A stretch of 64,000 nt of DNA from Promethearchaeota archaeon (GTDB lineage: Archaea; Asgardarchaeota; Thorarchaeia; Thorarchaeales; Thorarchaeaceae): positions 160,001 to 224,000 of the forward strand of contig WJMJ01000059.1 of the NCBI GenBank assembly GCA_014728035.1, given 5' to 3'. The notes beneath the pieces are model-generated. The model worked only from the letters and a program-made list of their open reading frames with translations, was not told the origin of the DNA and did not search any database. The translations under genes were made by a program, and so were the position numbers. This document shows, in pieces, positions 19,526 to 29,181 of the stretch (its first letter is position 1; each line of letters opens with the position of its first letter).

Positions 19526-20516
19526 ACCTGATTGAAATATCAACAGCTTTTCCGACCTGAGCACTTCGCCTAGCTGCTTCTACAACTTGAAGCGCTGCAA
19601 TTCCATCATCAAGTGTTACTTTTGGATTTTTACCAGTACGTAGACAATCTATGAAGTCTGTTAGGGCTTCTCTGACTGGTTCACCATATACCTTAATTGT
19701 AGCTCCTCTCTCGGGAAGGTTGATTGCTCTGCTATCAGCAGAAGGCTCTTGATCTAAGTCTTGCACTTTGATTATTTGCCCAAATAAATCCAGTACGAGT
19801 GTTCCCTTCGTACCTGAAACATCCATGTTTCGTTTTCTGCCTGCGTATTGTCTTGAGAGATGGAAAAAGTGCTCGGTCCCATTGGCAAACTTAACCATTA
19901 CCGCTCCTGCATTCAGGATACCTTCATTCATTTGACATTGTGCATAAAGTTTTGCAGCCCCAGTACTGATTCTAGTCATAATATCGAAGTCATGCACTCC
20001 AATATCTTCAAAGACATCTCCAAGTGATGGAATTCGTTTTGGTTGAACAAATCCTCTTCTATCATGAATTACTGCAGTAGGTTTTCCTATTACTCCTTTT
20101 TTAATTAGATGAATAGCTCTTTCCACAATCGGATTGTAGATCTCAGTATGCGAAACAAGTCCAATTTTATTTTCTTTCTTTAGAGTTTTGACTACCTCTT
20201 TGGCATCCGAAAGATTACTGGACAATGGTTTCTCGATCATAATCCCTTTAATACCCGCAAATCTTTTTGCAACATCTTTTGCTATATCTGCGTGGGTAGG
20301 AGTTGGGGTTGCAATAATAACTGCGTCTAGATTACATGTTTCAATCATCTTTTCATAGTCATCAAAAGCTTTTACTCCATAATTTTCAGCTTCTTTCTTA
20401 GCTAATGATATATCAAGGTCTGAAACCGCACTTAGAGCATGCATACTTGCAAGAATTCTTGCATGGATTCTTCCCATATTTCCAGTTCCGATAATACCTA
20501 TTTTTGGTATCTTCAT
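19512..20516 (-). CDS. Gfo/Idh/MocA family oxidoreductase
   Basis: GIIGTGNMG, ATPT.TH, IEKP, D.GVHD.D. Confidence 0.9.
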   Translation of the reverse strand: MKIPKIGIIGTGNMGRIHARILASMHALSAVSDLDISLAKKEAENYGVKAFDDYEKMIETCNLDAVIIATPTPTHADIAKDVAKRFAGIKGIMIEKPLSSNLSDAKEVVKTLKKENKIGLVSHTEIYNPIVERAIHLIKKGVIGKPTAVIHDRRGFVQPKRIPSLGDVFEDIGVHDFDIMTRISTGAAKLYAQCQMNEGILNAGAVMVKFANGTEHFFHLSRQYAGRKRNMDVSGTKGTLVLDLFGQIIKVQDLDQEPSADSRAINLPERGATIKVYGEPVREALTDFIDCLRTGKNPKVTLDDGIAALQVVEAARRSAQVGKAVDISIRSREL

Positions 20517-20884
20517 AAAATATCATCTCTCAAGATATCCAAAAGGCCGACTGTTTGACCTTTATACCTTCCCACATAGTTCAAAATTATAGCTTCATGC
20601 ACTTCTGCATCAGTGTATTTCACTGTTCTTTGATGATGCCCTTAAATTGCTTAATCTCTATCTATTAACAGAAATGTTGTGATATGGGCTGAATCGAATT
20701 GGCCTAAGCATAAGATAATCATCGCTCATTAGACCTCCTTACTCTTATGCTTCAATTGCTCCACGCCCACTATCAAGGCCTAATCAGCTCCCAGTCACAT
20801 ATTATTCCCCGTGGCTCGTCTGTTCTGGATGAGCCACTCACAATCATGACATTTTCTGGACAATTCGTTCTGTTATAATGAAAA

Positions 20885-20972
20885 TGGTGCGGAGGGCGTG
20901 ATTTGAACACGCGAACCCCTACGGGACTAGGCCCTCAACCTAGCGCCTTTGGCCTGGCTTGGCAACCTCCGC
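20885..20972 (-). tRNA. tRNA-Leu(GAG), CCA encoded
   Basis: CTAGG-TTGAGGG-CCTAG anticodon arm; long variable arm; TTCAAAT T-loop. Confidence 0.96.
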
Positions 20973-21111
20973 AAAATGATGCGAGGCCAAGTAAGGGGTT
21001 GATTACTGTTCGTTGATAATTCAGTGATAAGGATTTCTATCAATCGATAGAATTTCATAATCTGAGGATGAGAGTTCTGGTATTTCCAGATCTCATTAAA
21101 AATCAGCTGTA

Positions 21112-21204
21112 TTATCTGGTTGCAGCTGCAAACCACTCAAAAGGAGGGAGTGATCTCTTATTATCTCGTTTCTTCTTTTCTTTTTCTGTATCATCTTTTT
21201 TCAT
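21112..21204 (-). CDS. Putative 30-aa small protein MKKDDTEKEKKKRDNKRSLPPFEWFAAATR
   Basis: AAGGTGA SD 5 nt before ATG; lies between tRNA-Thr and tRNA-Leu; below the ORF-track cutoff. Confidence 0.35.
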   Translation of the reverse strand: MKKDDTEKEKKKRDNKRSLPPFEWFAAATR

Positions 21205-21303
21205 TTTTTCACCTTCTGCCTATAAACTTCCTTTTTGAACACGAATAAATCTAATGGCTTCTGCACAATTAAACTGCTTGAAAACCATCTCTTTAAAGAA
21301 AAA

Positions 21304-21378
21304 GGAGCCCCGGGCGGGATTTGAACCCGCGACATTCTGCTTACGAAGCAGACGCTATAGCCACTAAGCCACCGAGGC
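21304..21378 (-). tRNA. tRNA-Thr(CGT)
   Basis: TCTGC-TTCGTAA-GCAGA anticodon arm; GCCTCGG/CCGGGGC acceptor; only CC of CCA encoded. Confidence 0.96.
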
Positions 21379-21452
21379 AATATATCCGCGAGTTTCAGTA
21401 TTCCAGTTATAAAACTTTATCATGGAACTACAAGGATACTTCTTGAGGCTTT

Positions 21453-22448
21453 TTGATGAAATTAAAAGAGCTTGGTGAGCGATCTTTCCTGAAAGACATA
21501 AGTCATTTGGTCAGAAAAATGTCTGGGGCAAGATTAGGATTTGATGATGATGCATCTGATATTCCCCTTTCCGATGATAAAAATTTGGTAATAAATGTGG
21601 ATACTTTTGTTGCAAAGACAGATTGGTTGCCTGGAATGACCGAGGCTCAAGTTGGTCGGAAAGTTGCAGTAATGGCTCTTAGTGATATTGTAGTAAAGGG
21701 GGCAAAGCCAGTCGCGACATTACTTTCGTTATGTGTACCAGATGATTATGATGTTTCAAAAGCTAAAGAACTAGTCCGTGGTTACTCTCAATACTGCTTG
21801 AAGAATAGCTTACTTCTAGTTGGTGGTGATTTGGGGACTAGTGATGATATCATTCTAACAGGTATTGCTTTAGGAATTGCCCCTCCACTTGGTATTGTGC
21901 CTAGAACTGGTGCAAAACCTGGTGATATCGTTGCCGTCACAGGACGTTTCGGTCTGACATCAGTAGCTTATGAAATTCTACTCAACAAGCTTGAAGCTAA
22001 AGAAACCTTACGAAAACGAGCTTTGACAGCAGCATTCAAACCTGAACTTGATTTTCAATTTGTACGCAAACTTGCAGAAATTGGTGCGATTACATCTTCT
22101 ATGGATAGTAGTGATGGACTTGCCATCACTCTTCACACGTTAGCACAACAAAGTGGATGTGGATTAATTATTGATGATATTCCAGATGCAGTTGGCGTCC
22201 TGGAATTTTCTCGCCAACATAATCTTGATACGAATAAGATGATTTTCGGTGGTGGAGAAGAATTTATTCATGTATTGACCATCCCTTCTGATTGTTGGGA
22301 AGACTCTCTGAATCTAGCGAGATTGAGTAATATACCCTTACAGCCGATTGGAAAAGTTGTTGCTAATGAAGGAATAATTCTCGAAACCGCAAAAGCATCT
22401 ATTAAATTACCTGTTTATGGTTATGACACCTTCTTGGAGTGGACCTAA
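21453..22448 (+). CDS. thiL: Thiamine-monophosphate kinase
   Basis: L.ELGE, GFDDDA, ALSD...GA.P, VGGD, MDSSDGL, GGEEF. Confidence 0.92.
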   Translation: MMKLKELGERSFLKDISHLVRKMSGARLGFDDDASDIPLSDDKNLVINVDTFVAKTDWLPGMTEAQVGRKVAVMALSDIVVKGAKPVATLLSLCVPDDYDVSKAKELVRGYSQYCLKNSLLLVGGDLGTSDDIILTGIALGIAPPLGIVPRTGAKPGDIVAVTGRFGLTSVAYEILLNKLEAKETLRKRALTAAFKPELDFQFVRKLAEIGAITSSMDSSDGLAITLHTLAQQSGCGLIIDDIPDAVGVLEFSRQHNLDTNKMIFGGGEEFIHVLTIPSDCWEDSLNLARLSNIPLQPIGKVVANEGIILETAKASIKLPVYGYDTFLEWT

Positions 22449-24165
22449 TCTGGAGCGGATAATCCTTGTTGATGGATACGTAGATGAACCTACATGTTTG
22501 GGTGTACCTCCCTATCTTAGCATCTACCCCAGATATATTGCTGGTGCTATTTGGACCCATTCACCTACCACCGAGATACACTATGTGACAATAGATCAGG
22601 TGCGAAAAAGTTTCGAAAAAGCTCACACGTCATGGACTTCCGCAGATCTGATTATTCTTATCGCGGGCATGATTGTTCCTGGAAAATATCTTGGAGGTAC
22701 TCCTATTTCTCTAAGAGAAGCAAAAGAGATATTCTCTGCAGAATCCTTATCGACTATTCCCAAAATACTAGCTGGCCCATGGGGCCGATTCGGCTGCGGT
22801 CTTCAAGGTGGTCAGCTAGCAAAAAGTGCTGATCTTCTTAGTCCTCCTTTTGATATCATCATTGATGGGGATTCAGAGGTTGTAATTGGCAATCTGGCTC
22901 GTGACTGGAAGTTAAATAACCTTGACCCATCTATCACTAGAACGAGTGCAGATGAAATTGAAGAATATATTCGCCGAGGAAGTAGCATTGTTACACAATA
23001 TTTTGGACATTCTATTGGCTATCTTATCTGTGAAATTGAAACCTATCGTGGTTGCCCACGATTTGTAAGTGGTGGATGCTCCTTCTGTATCGAACCTCTA
23101 TATGGAGTTCCACAACAACGTTCGGCCAAAAACATCATTAAGGAGGTTGAATGCCTGTATCAGCAAGGAGTTAGGGCTTTTAGAATTGGTCGTCAAGCTG
23201 ATCTTTTCACCTATGGGTCTCCAGAAATAGGTGTTGAGGAGTTTCCAACTCCTAATCCTCAATTAATAGAGGAGTTATTTTCAGGGATACGTAGAGTAGC
23301 TCCTGAACTTAGTGTATTGCATATAGATAACGTAAACCCCGGAACTGTTGCTCGACATCCTTTTGAGAGTAAACAAGTAGCTAAAATAATTATCAAGTAT
23401 CATACAGCTGGTGACGTTGCAGCTTTTGGTGTTGAGTCATTTGATTCTGAAGTAATCAAACGAAATAATCTAAAAGCCACTCCAGAGGAATCACTTAGAG
23501 CTATCCGTTTACTTAATGAGGTTGGTGGCATGAGGCCAAGTTGGGGTCTACCTCATCTTTTGCCTGGAATTAATCTACTCTATGGACTACCAGGTGAGAG
23601 TAAAAAAACCCTTTCTCACAACATCGAATTCCTCAAAAAACTGCTTGAAGAAGAGCTTGTTATTCGAAGAATAAATGTTCGTCAGATAATTGGTTTCTCT
23701 GGTACAAGTGTCGGTGAACAGAAAGGGAAACGTATCAAACCAAATAGATTCCATCATCATAAAAAACAGATTCGTGATAGCATTGATAGAGTTATGATTA
23801 AGCGAGTTGCACCTGCTGGAACAATCATCACGTCTGCTTTTCTTGAACGTGTTGATGGGAAAATGGGTGTATTTCGCTCGCTTGGAACTTATCCTCTTCA
23901 GTGCCATTCTCCTATTGATGTGTCATCAAAAAGTCCTGTGGACCTTTTTGTAGTTGATCATGGACCTCGGTCTTTGACAACATTACCATATCCTCTAAAT
24001 GTGTCAGAGGCATCACTGGCTCACTGGAAGAAGATACCTGGTTTTGGTGCAAAACGTGCAGCTCGAATAAAAAGCTCTCAGAACATCCAATCTTTAGAAG
24101 ATCTTCAGTCACAATTGGATGTGGACATACCTAGTTGGCTACAGCATGCCTTAACTTTTGACTAG
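22417..24165 (+). CDS. Archaeal radical SAM protein with C-terminal helix-hairpin-helix (COG1031-like)
   Basis: DGYVDEP..LGVPPY, VPGKYLGG.P, ETYRGC(x7)CSFC, LHIDNVNP, RRINVRQ, IPGFG.KRA. Confidence 0.85.
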   Translation: MVMTPSWSGPNLERIILVDGYVDEPTCLGVPPYLSIYPRYIAGAIWTHSPTTEIHYVTIDQVRKSFEKAHTSWTSADLIILIAGMIVPGKYLGGTPISLREAKEIFSAESLSTIPKILAGPWGRFGCGLQGGQLAKSADLLSPPFDIIIDGDSEVVIGNLARDWKLNNLDPSITRTSADEIEEYIRRGSSIVTQYFGHSIGYLICEIETYRGCPRFVSGGCSFCIEPLYGVPQQRSAKNIIKEVECLYQQGVRAFRIGRQADLFTYGSPEIGVEEFPTPNPQLIEELFSGIRRVAPELSVLHIDNVNPGTVARHPFESKQVAKIIIKYHTAGDVAAFGVESFDSEVIKRNNLKATPEESLRAIRLLNEVGGMRPSWGLPHLLPGINLLYGLPGESKKTLSHNIEFLKKLLEEELVIRRINVRQIIGFSGTSVGEQKGKRIKPNRFHHHKKQIRDSIDRVMIKRVAPAGTIITSAFLERVDGKMGVFRSLGTYPLQCHSPIDVSSKSPVDLFVVDHGPRSLTTLPYPLNVSEASLAHWKKIPGFGAKRAARIKSSQNIQSLEDLQSQLDVDIPSWLQHALTFD

Positions 24166-24171
24166 AATTAA

Positions 24172-24249
24172 TGGCGGGCCCGGCCGGATTCGAACCGGCG
24201 ACCTCTAACTTAGAAGGCTAGCGCCCTATCCAGACTAGGCAACGGGCCC
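24172..24249 (-). tRNA. tRNA-Arg(TCT), CCA encoded
   Basis: CTAGC-CTTCTAA-GTTAG anticodon arm; GGGCCCG/CGGGCCC acceptor. Confidence 0.96.
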
Positions 24250-24365
24250 TGTCTGTTGCACAGAAATGTTTAGTCATAAAGCTTTCCGATTGGTGCCTTT
24301 TTTGGATACTGTTTTCTGAAAATGTTAGTTTTAGTTTTGTTCAAGAAACTCTATAGAGTTTATCT

Positions 24366-24617
24366 TCACGATATGATGAAATCGGGTGGAAACAGCACGA
24401 AGTACTCTACAACAATGCAAAGAAGAATACCGCTAAAAACAAGACTCCGGCCCCAAGACACATTGGCTGATGTAAACCAGAGTATGCCTCCTGCTAAGAC
24501 TATCATTACTCCTCCAACAGCTCCTATGAATATCAGAAAGTCCCAAATCTCAATGAAATATCCTGTAATCAAGCTCAGAAAATCGGATATAGGGCTCAAT
24601 AATTCTACATGAAACAT
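24366..24617 (-). CDS. Small two-TM membrane protein (weakly TrbC/VirB2 pilin-like)
   Basis: Hydrophobic helices around GILWF...G+..+..G.; AGGTG SD. Confidence 0.55.
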   Translation of the reverse strand: MFHVELLSPISDFLSLITGYFIEIWDFLIFIGAVGGVMIVLAGGILWFTSANVSWGRSLVFSGILLCIVVEYFVLFPPDFIIS

Positions 24618-24673
24618 TTAGACACCTGCAGTAGTGTCCAGCTGATCCAATATAAACTCGTGAAGAAAGACAA

Positions 24674-25516
24674 TCACATGTTGCCTGCTAGCCCCTCACA
24701 AAAGGCTAGTACATTCTTTCCTAAATCTTCATGATTGTACCCGCCCTCTAGAATTCCATACCTTTTTCCATCACAGTTGTCTTCTGCAAATTCGTACATC
24801 AAGAAGCCGATTTTCTGAAATGTTTCTGTGGCTAGATTTGATCCCCAACATTTGATATATTGGTCAAAACCTGCAGATGCTGCAATTATATCAACATCAG
24901 GGCTAGATGAAAGAGCATCTTTTATTTCTCTCAGATATGCTGCATCACCATTGCTGCGCGGATTGCAGATTACAAAGCATGAATCCTGTTCAAGGATATT
25001 GATATTTCCATCTCCCGTATGAAGATCAAAATCAAGAATGAATGCGCTAGAAATCAGATTTTTTCTTTTTAATTCTAGAACGCTAATCGCCATATTGTTA
25101 AAATAACAGAATCCCCAGTAACTATTACGAGATGCATGATGTCCTGGTGGTCGAATAAGCCCAAAAGAACTACCCTCTTTCATTGCAATTTCGGCAGTAA
25201 GTATAGCTCCCCCCGCTGCTAATAGTGCAGTTTCATATAGGTTAGCACGAGTCGTTGATTCGCTCTCACGCTTAACACTTCTTATGATTTTCTCATCATG
25301 TGCCAATAGAATCTGATTTTCTGTAGCAGGATCTGGAATGACAAAGTCATAATTTGGATTTTCTTTTAGGATTTCAATTGCACTATCAAGTCTTCCAGGA
25401 GCTCCCGCAGGAGTATGGTCGTATGATTCTTTCATGAGTGGATGGTAGACGATTTTCACACCTACTAGATTATCATTATCACTTTTCTTTTTGTTGATTC
25501 TATTGAAAAAAGTCAA
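24674..25516 (-). CDS. Histone deacetylase / acetylpolyamine amidohydrolase family
   Basis: RPPGHHA, GFCYFNN, DFDLH.GDG, SAGFD, LEGGY. Confidence 0.92.
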   Translation of the reverse strand: MTFFNRINKKKSDNDNLVGVKIVYHPLMKESYDHTPAGAPGRLDSAIEILKENPNYDFVIPDPATENQILLAHDEKIIRSVKRESESTTRANLYETALLAAGGAILTAEIAMKEGSSFGLIRPPGHHASRNSYWGFCYFNNMAISVLELKRKNLISSAFILDFDLHTGDGNINILEQDSCFVICNPRSNGDAAYLREIKDALSSSPDVDIIAASAGFDQYIKCWGSNLATETFQKIGFLMYEFAEDNCDGKRYGILEGGYNHEDLGKNVLAFCEGLAGNM

Positions 25517-25642
25517 TCCTGCAAGGAGAGATTAATTGATTCCTAATTAAATTGAGAATAACTAAAAATAATGAGAATGGGAGACAGGATGCTTCCTGCA
25601 CTCCCTTAATAAACTAGAGAGTATTTCTGAAGTAGAGTTCAA

Positions 25643-25948
25643 CTAACCGAATAAGCTACCCATTCCGGCTGTAAATTCCTCTTCTTCTTCGTCCTCGTCT
25701 TCTTCCTTCTTCTCCTCGGCTTCAGCTTCAGTACCGCCGCTTGCAGCTGGTGCTGCGGCTGCGACTGGCATGGCTGCAGCGCTCTTCAAGGCATCATCAA
25801 TATCGACACCATCAAGTGCTGCGAGCAGAGCTTTAATTCTACCTTTATCTGGTTTAAGACCAGCAGCTGTAAGAACCGCGTCCATGCTTTTATCGTCAAC
25901 TGATTGACCTGCTTTGTGGAGCAGAAGTGCTGCGTATACGTACTCCAT
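25643..25948 (-). CDS. rpl12: Ribosomal stalk protein aP1 (L12p)
   Basis: [11 protein letters not shown], Ala-rich hinge, acidic tail, GMGSLFG. Confidence 0.97.
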   Translation of the reverse strand: MEYVYAALLLHKAGQSVDDKSMDAVLTAAGLKPDKGRIKALLAALDGVDIDDALKSAAAMPVAAAAPAASGGTEAEAEEKKEEDEDEEEEEFTAGMGSLFG

Positions 25949-25966
25949 TTCTATTACCTCTTTTTC

Positions 25967-26983
25967 TTAGCCGAATAGGCTACCCATTCCGGCTGTTGCT
26001 TCTTCTTCTTCCTCTTCTTCCTCCTCCTCTGGTTCATCTGTTGGCTCATCAGAGACGGCCGGTGTGGGTGCTGCGGCTGCAGCACTTTGAACCTGGCTGA
26101 GGACTTCAGCGGGGATTGCATCTGGGTCTTTTTCAGCAAGAGCACTTGCCAGAGCAAATGCTTGTGAATTTGCCTTTGATAAGAACTCACCAAGCATATC
26201 GGGTTCGAAGAAACCAACCTCTAGGGCTAGTACTTTTGCGTCCGAATTGGCTTTTGCGAGTATCAGTGGAATTGTGTCTGTGGTTGGATAACCACTATTT
26301 ACTGACAGATTTACAGCATACTGGTGTCCCAGTAAGACTTGTTCAAATAGACTTTCTAGGTCGATTTCAAAGTCTTCTGCAGTTAGAACTGCACCATCTG
26401 TATAGGCTGCCACGAGCTTCAGCTGAAGCTCCATTGGTTCTATTCCAAGTCTTCCAAGCATCTGAGCCATTGCGTTAGACACCACTTCACCTGCTTCTAC
26501 TGCAACAGTATCTTCAGTGATGTGAATAACACCACCTTTAACCCGGGAGGGTATATCAAGACCTGCAAGTTCTGTAATGAACGGTCCTGGTGCAACACCA
26601 GTGTTCATTGCAGGGACAATGATGTCTTTTGGGGTTGTTTGCCCTCCTTTTGCAGGAGCAGCTGCTTTATTCTCAGCAAGAAACTTACTTAGAATGAAAG
26701 GATCTTGGTCACTGAACACAAAGGCTACTGGGCCTTTTACAAAGTCAGATAATCCTTTGATACCCTTGGCTTTTGCATCCTCGATTGCTCTTCGCATGAG
26801 GGTGTTACGAGCCATTTTGATTTTTGCAGAGCCTCTGAGGCTTTCTCTGATACCCTGCAACTGTTTTGCCCCAACACCTTCAACATTGACAAGACCAACC
26901 ATTTTGCTCTCTTGGATTGCAGACGTGAGTTCTTTGACAGCATCCCGCTTCCATTGAGGTATTACACGTTCTTCTAATGCCAT
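25967..26983 (-). CDS. rpl10: Ribosomal protein uL10 (P0)
   Basis: IPQWK, KMARNTL, TG..PGP, acidic tail with GMGSLFG. Confidence 0.97.
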   Translation of the reverse strand: MALEERVIPQWKRDAVKELTSAIQESKMVGLVNVEGVGAKQLQGIRESLRGSAKIKMARNTLMRRAIEDAKAKGIKGLSDFVKGPVAFVFSDQDPFILSKFLAENKAAAPAKGGQTTPKDIIVPAMNTGVAPGPFITELAGLDIPSRVKGGVIHITEDTVAVEAGEVVSNAMAQMLGRLGIEPMELQLKLVAAYTDGAVLTAEDFEIDLESLFEQVLLGHQYAVNLSVNSGYPTTDTIPLILAKANSDAKVLALEVGFFEPDMLGEFLSKANSQAFALASALAEKDPDAIPAEVLSQVQSAAAAAPTPAVSDEPTDEPEEEEEEEEEEATAGMGSLFG

Positions 26984-26996
26984 TCATGTACACCTC

Positions 26997-27650
26997 TCAT
27001 TGTATTTCGATTGCAGGACCCATGGTGGTCTTAACATATACCGAATCAACACGTTCGGACAGTCCCTTGTTCTCAACAAAATTGAGAACGGCCTGTATGT
27101 TTTCTGCAATCTCTTCATCACTCATCTTAACATGGCCTACCTTAACATGAAATGTGGGAGTATTTCTCATTACTATTCGAACAGTTTTGTGGTACTGTTC
27201 AACCACACCTGTCAATTCGGCCTGGGGTGGGAATGGTTTGGGCATTTTTCCTCGGGAACCCAAGACCTGTCCAAGATATCTGCCAACAAGTGGCATTGCA
27301 TCTGTAACAGCTATGAAGAAATCATAGCTTTTAGCTAGGCTCTTACGTGTCTTCTTGTCTTCACCTATCTTGGATATCTCATCTTTTGATACCACTCTTG
27401 ATACTCCAGCTGCTTCTGCATTAGTGGCAAACTCACCGTCTCCAAACGCGCATATTTGAGCTGGAGGATATAATGCTTGAGGCAATACAAGTTCATCTTT
27501 GAATCGGTTCTCATTTTTTGAGAGGTCCATTTCTTTTCGTCTGAAATTGACTGCAATGTCGATACTCTGGTCGAAATTGATTCCTCTTTCAAGACCTTTC
27601 TCCCGTGCTTGTGCTACGGCAGTTTTTATCTCGTCAGTACTATATGACAT
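26997..27650 (-). CDS. rpl1: Ribosomal protein uL1
   Basis: F.QS.DI..N, LG.RGKMP.P, Y.KTTMGP. Confidence 0.96.
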   Translation of the reverse strand: MSYSTDEIKTAVAQAREKGLERGINFDQSIDIAVNFRRKEMDLSKNENRFKDELVLPQALYPPAQICAFGDGEFATNAEAAGVSRVVSKDEISKIGEDKKTRKSLAKSYDFFIAVTDAMPLVGRYLGQVLGSRGKMPKPFPPQAELTGVVEQYHKTVRIVMRNTPTFHVKVGHVKMSDEEIAENIQAVLNFVENKGLSERVDSVYVKTTMGPAIEIQ

Positions 27651-27654
27651 GTAT

Positions 27655-28167
27655 TCATGCCTCCCTAAGTGGCTCGTCTAGTTGTTCATCCCATTTACCA
27701 TCTCGGACCTCTTGTTGAAACTCTTTTGCCATTTTGCCTTCAATTGTAACACCCATTGAAACACAGGTGCCTGAAACAATCATAACAGCAGTTTTCATAG
27801 TCAGAGCTGATATATCCGAAGCTTTTCCCTTTGCTACATTTTTCAGTTGGTCAATGGTAAGGTCTCCAATTATTACCTCGTTTGGTTCGCCTGATCCACC
27901 TGATTGCCCGATCTCTTTCAAAATCAGTGCACTGGTTGGTGGTGTTCCGACATCTACCTCAAAGCTTTTAGTGGCTGGGTCTACAGTGATTGTTACTGGT
28001 ACTTTCAACCCCACAAAGGGTTGAGTTACCTCATTTATCTTTGTAACCACTTGGAAAATGTTAACACCTGTAGGACCTAAAGCCGGACCAATTGGTGGTC
28101 CTCCGGAGGCTTTGCCTCCTTCTACCATTGCCTCTACTACTATTGGTTTTTCACTCACAATAATCAC
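27655..28167 (-). CDS. rpl11: Ribosomal protein uL11
   Basis: GGKA..GPPIGPALGP.G, VG.PPTS.LI, GTC.SMG. Confidence 0.97.
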   Translation of the reverse strand: MIIVSEKPIVVEAMVEGGKASGGPPIGPALGPTGVNIFQVVTKINEVTQPFVGLKVPVTITVDPATKSFEVDVGTPPTSALILKEIGQSGGSGEPNEVIIGDLTIDQLKNVAKGKASDISALTMKTAVMIVSGTCVSMGVTIEGKMAKEFQQEVRDGKWDEQLDEPLREA

Positions 28168-28458
28168 GACTCCTGCTGCAGTATCTTAGGTGATTTTGAA
28201 GCTCACCATATAGGTCGACCTTCCATGTAAAACAAGTGTTGAATTCATTCAGGTCTACTGCATACATTGTCACTTTTCTTCACCCCGGACATGATTTCTA
28301 ATTCATGTCGAATTAAGGAGTTAATGAAAGCGAGAGAACTCTCGTTTTAAGAGTTACGGACTGTCCATCATTCTGCGTATATTCTATTTTAAAAAATAAG
28401 AAAAAGAAGGAGTTTTTTACTCCTGTCTTTTAGTTGAAGTTTATAGTATATTTATTAT

Positions 28459-29130
28459 CTAGTCTCGTGCCCAGAATGAATCATCATCGAGAGAGTCATC
28501 TTCTACTTTGTCATCATCACTCTCTTCTGTATCTTCATCCTTTGGTTCCGATTTTGCTTTTTCAACAAGTTTTGCAAAATCTGCATGAACACGAACTGGA
28601 ATTGTATACGGGCTATCTAATAGCTCTAGGATTAGCTCCTCTTTAGCACTATCTACACGAGATACTTTGGCACGTTCTCCATTGAATGGTCCTGAAATGA
28701 TTTCCACAACATCATCAATGGAAATGCCTTCTGCAGCTGGCTTTGGAACAAGAAACTTATCGATTTCTTCAAGCGTTACCTTTCCGCCAACTCTTCCTCG
28801 TACATGAGGAACTCCAGATATTGCAATCTCTACATCTCTAAACTCTTGTGTTTCGATGAATACATACCCTCTGAGAGTTTCGGGGACTAAGATAGCTTTC
28901 ACTCTTCCCAGAAGCTGATTCTGAGAAACTAAATTTGGTTCTCCATCTTTTCCCTTTTTACATTTCTTCATGTGGGTTTTAGTATCTTTTTTAGTGGAGA
29001 ATTGTTCTTTACAGAAGGGGCACTCCCATACATCGGTTTCACCAATAACTGCTGTTGTGATGAGATCAGTTACTCCTTTCTCTTGACCGATTGTTGTTCG
29101 TACAGCGTAGATACTTGTTCTCGGTGGCAA
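28459..29130 (-). CDS. spt5: Transcription elongation factor Spt5/NusG with inserted zinc finger
   Basis: YAVRTT.GQE, LRGYVF.E (NGN); VEIISGPF.GE.A (KOW); CPFC-x12-H-x3-C insert. Confidence 0.95.
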   Translation of the reverse strand: MPPRTSIYAVRTTIGQEKGVTDLITTAVIGETDVWECPFCKEQFSTKKDTKTHMKKCKKGKDGEPNLVSQNQLLGRVKAILVPETLRGYVFIETQEFRDVEIAISGVPHVRGRVGGKVTLEEIDKFLVPKPAAEGISIDDVVEIISGPFNGERAKVSRVDSAKEELILELLDSPYTIPVRVHADFAKLVEKAKSEPKDEDTEESDDDKVEDDSLDDDSFWARD

Positions 29131-29181
29131 TTCTTTGCCTCCTATTTTATTATATAGTTGTTAGACTCACTTCGAGTCCTA

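Noticed and set aside
20631-20692. C/D box sRNA (TGATGA...CTGA)
   Set aside because: No internal D'/C' boxes or recognisable rRNA guide; likely chance in AT-rich DNA
20891-20913. 21-bp identity GGGCGTGATTTGAACACGCGA shared with tRNA-Ala (about 63702-63722), as possible attL/attR
   Set aside because: Both copies are T-arms of complete tRNAs, the DNA between them is core genes, and no integrase is present
25675-25715. TTC/TCT-rich tandem-like repeats (also about 26000-26030)
   Set aside because: They simply encode the poly-Glu tails of the stalk proteins
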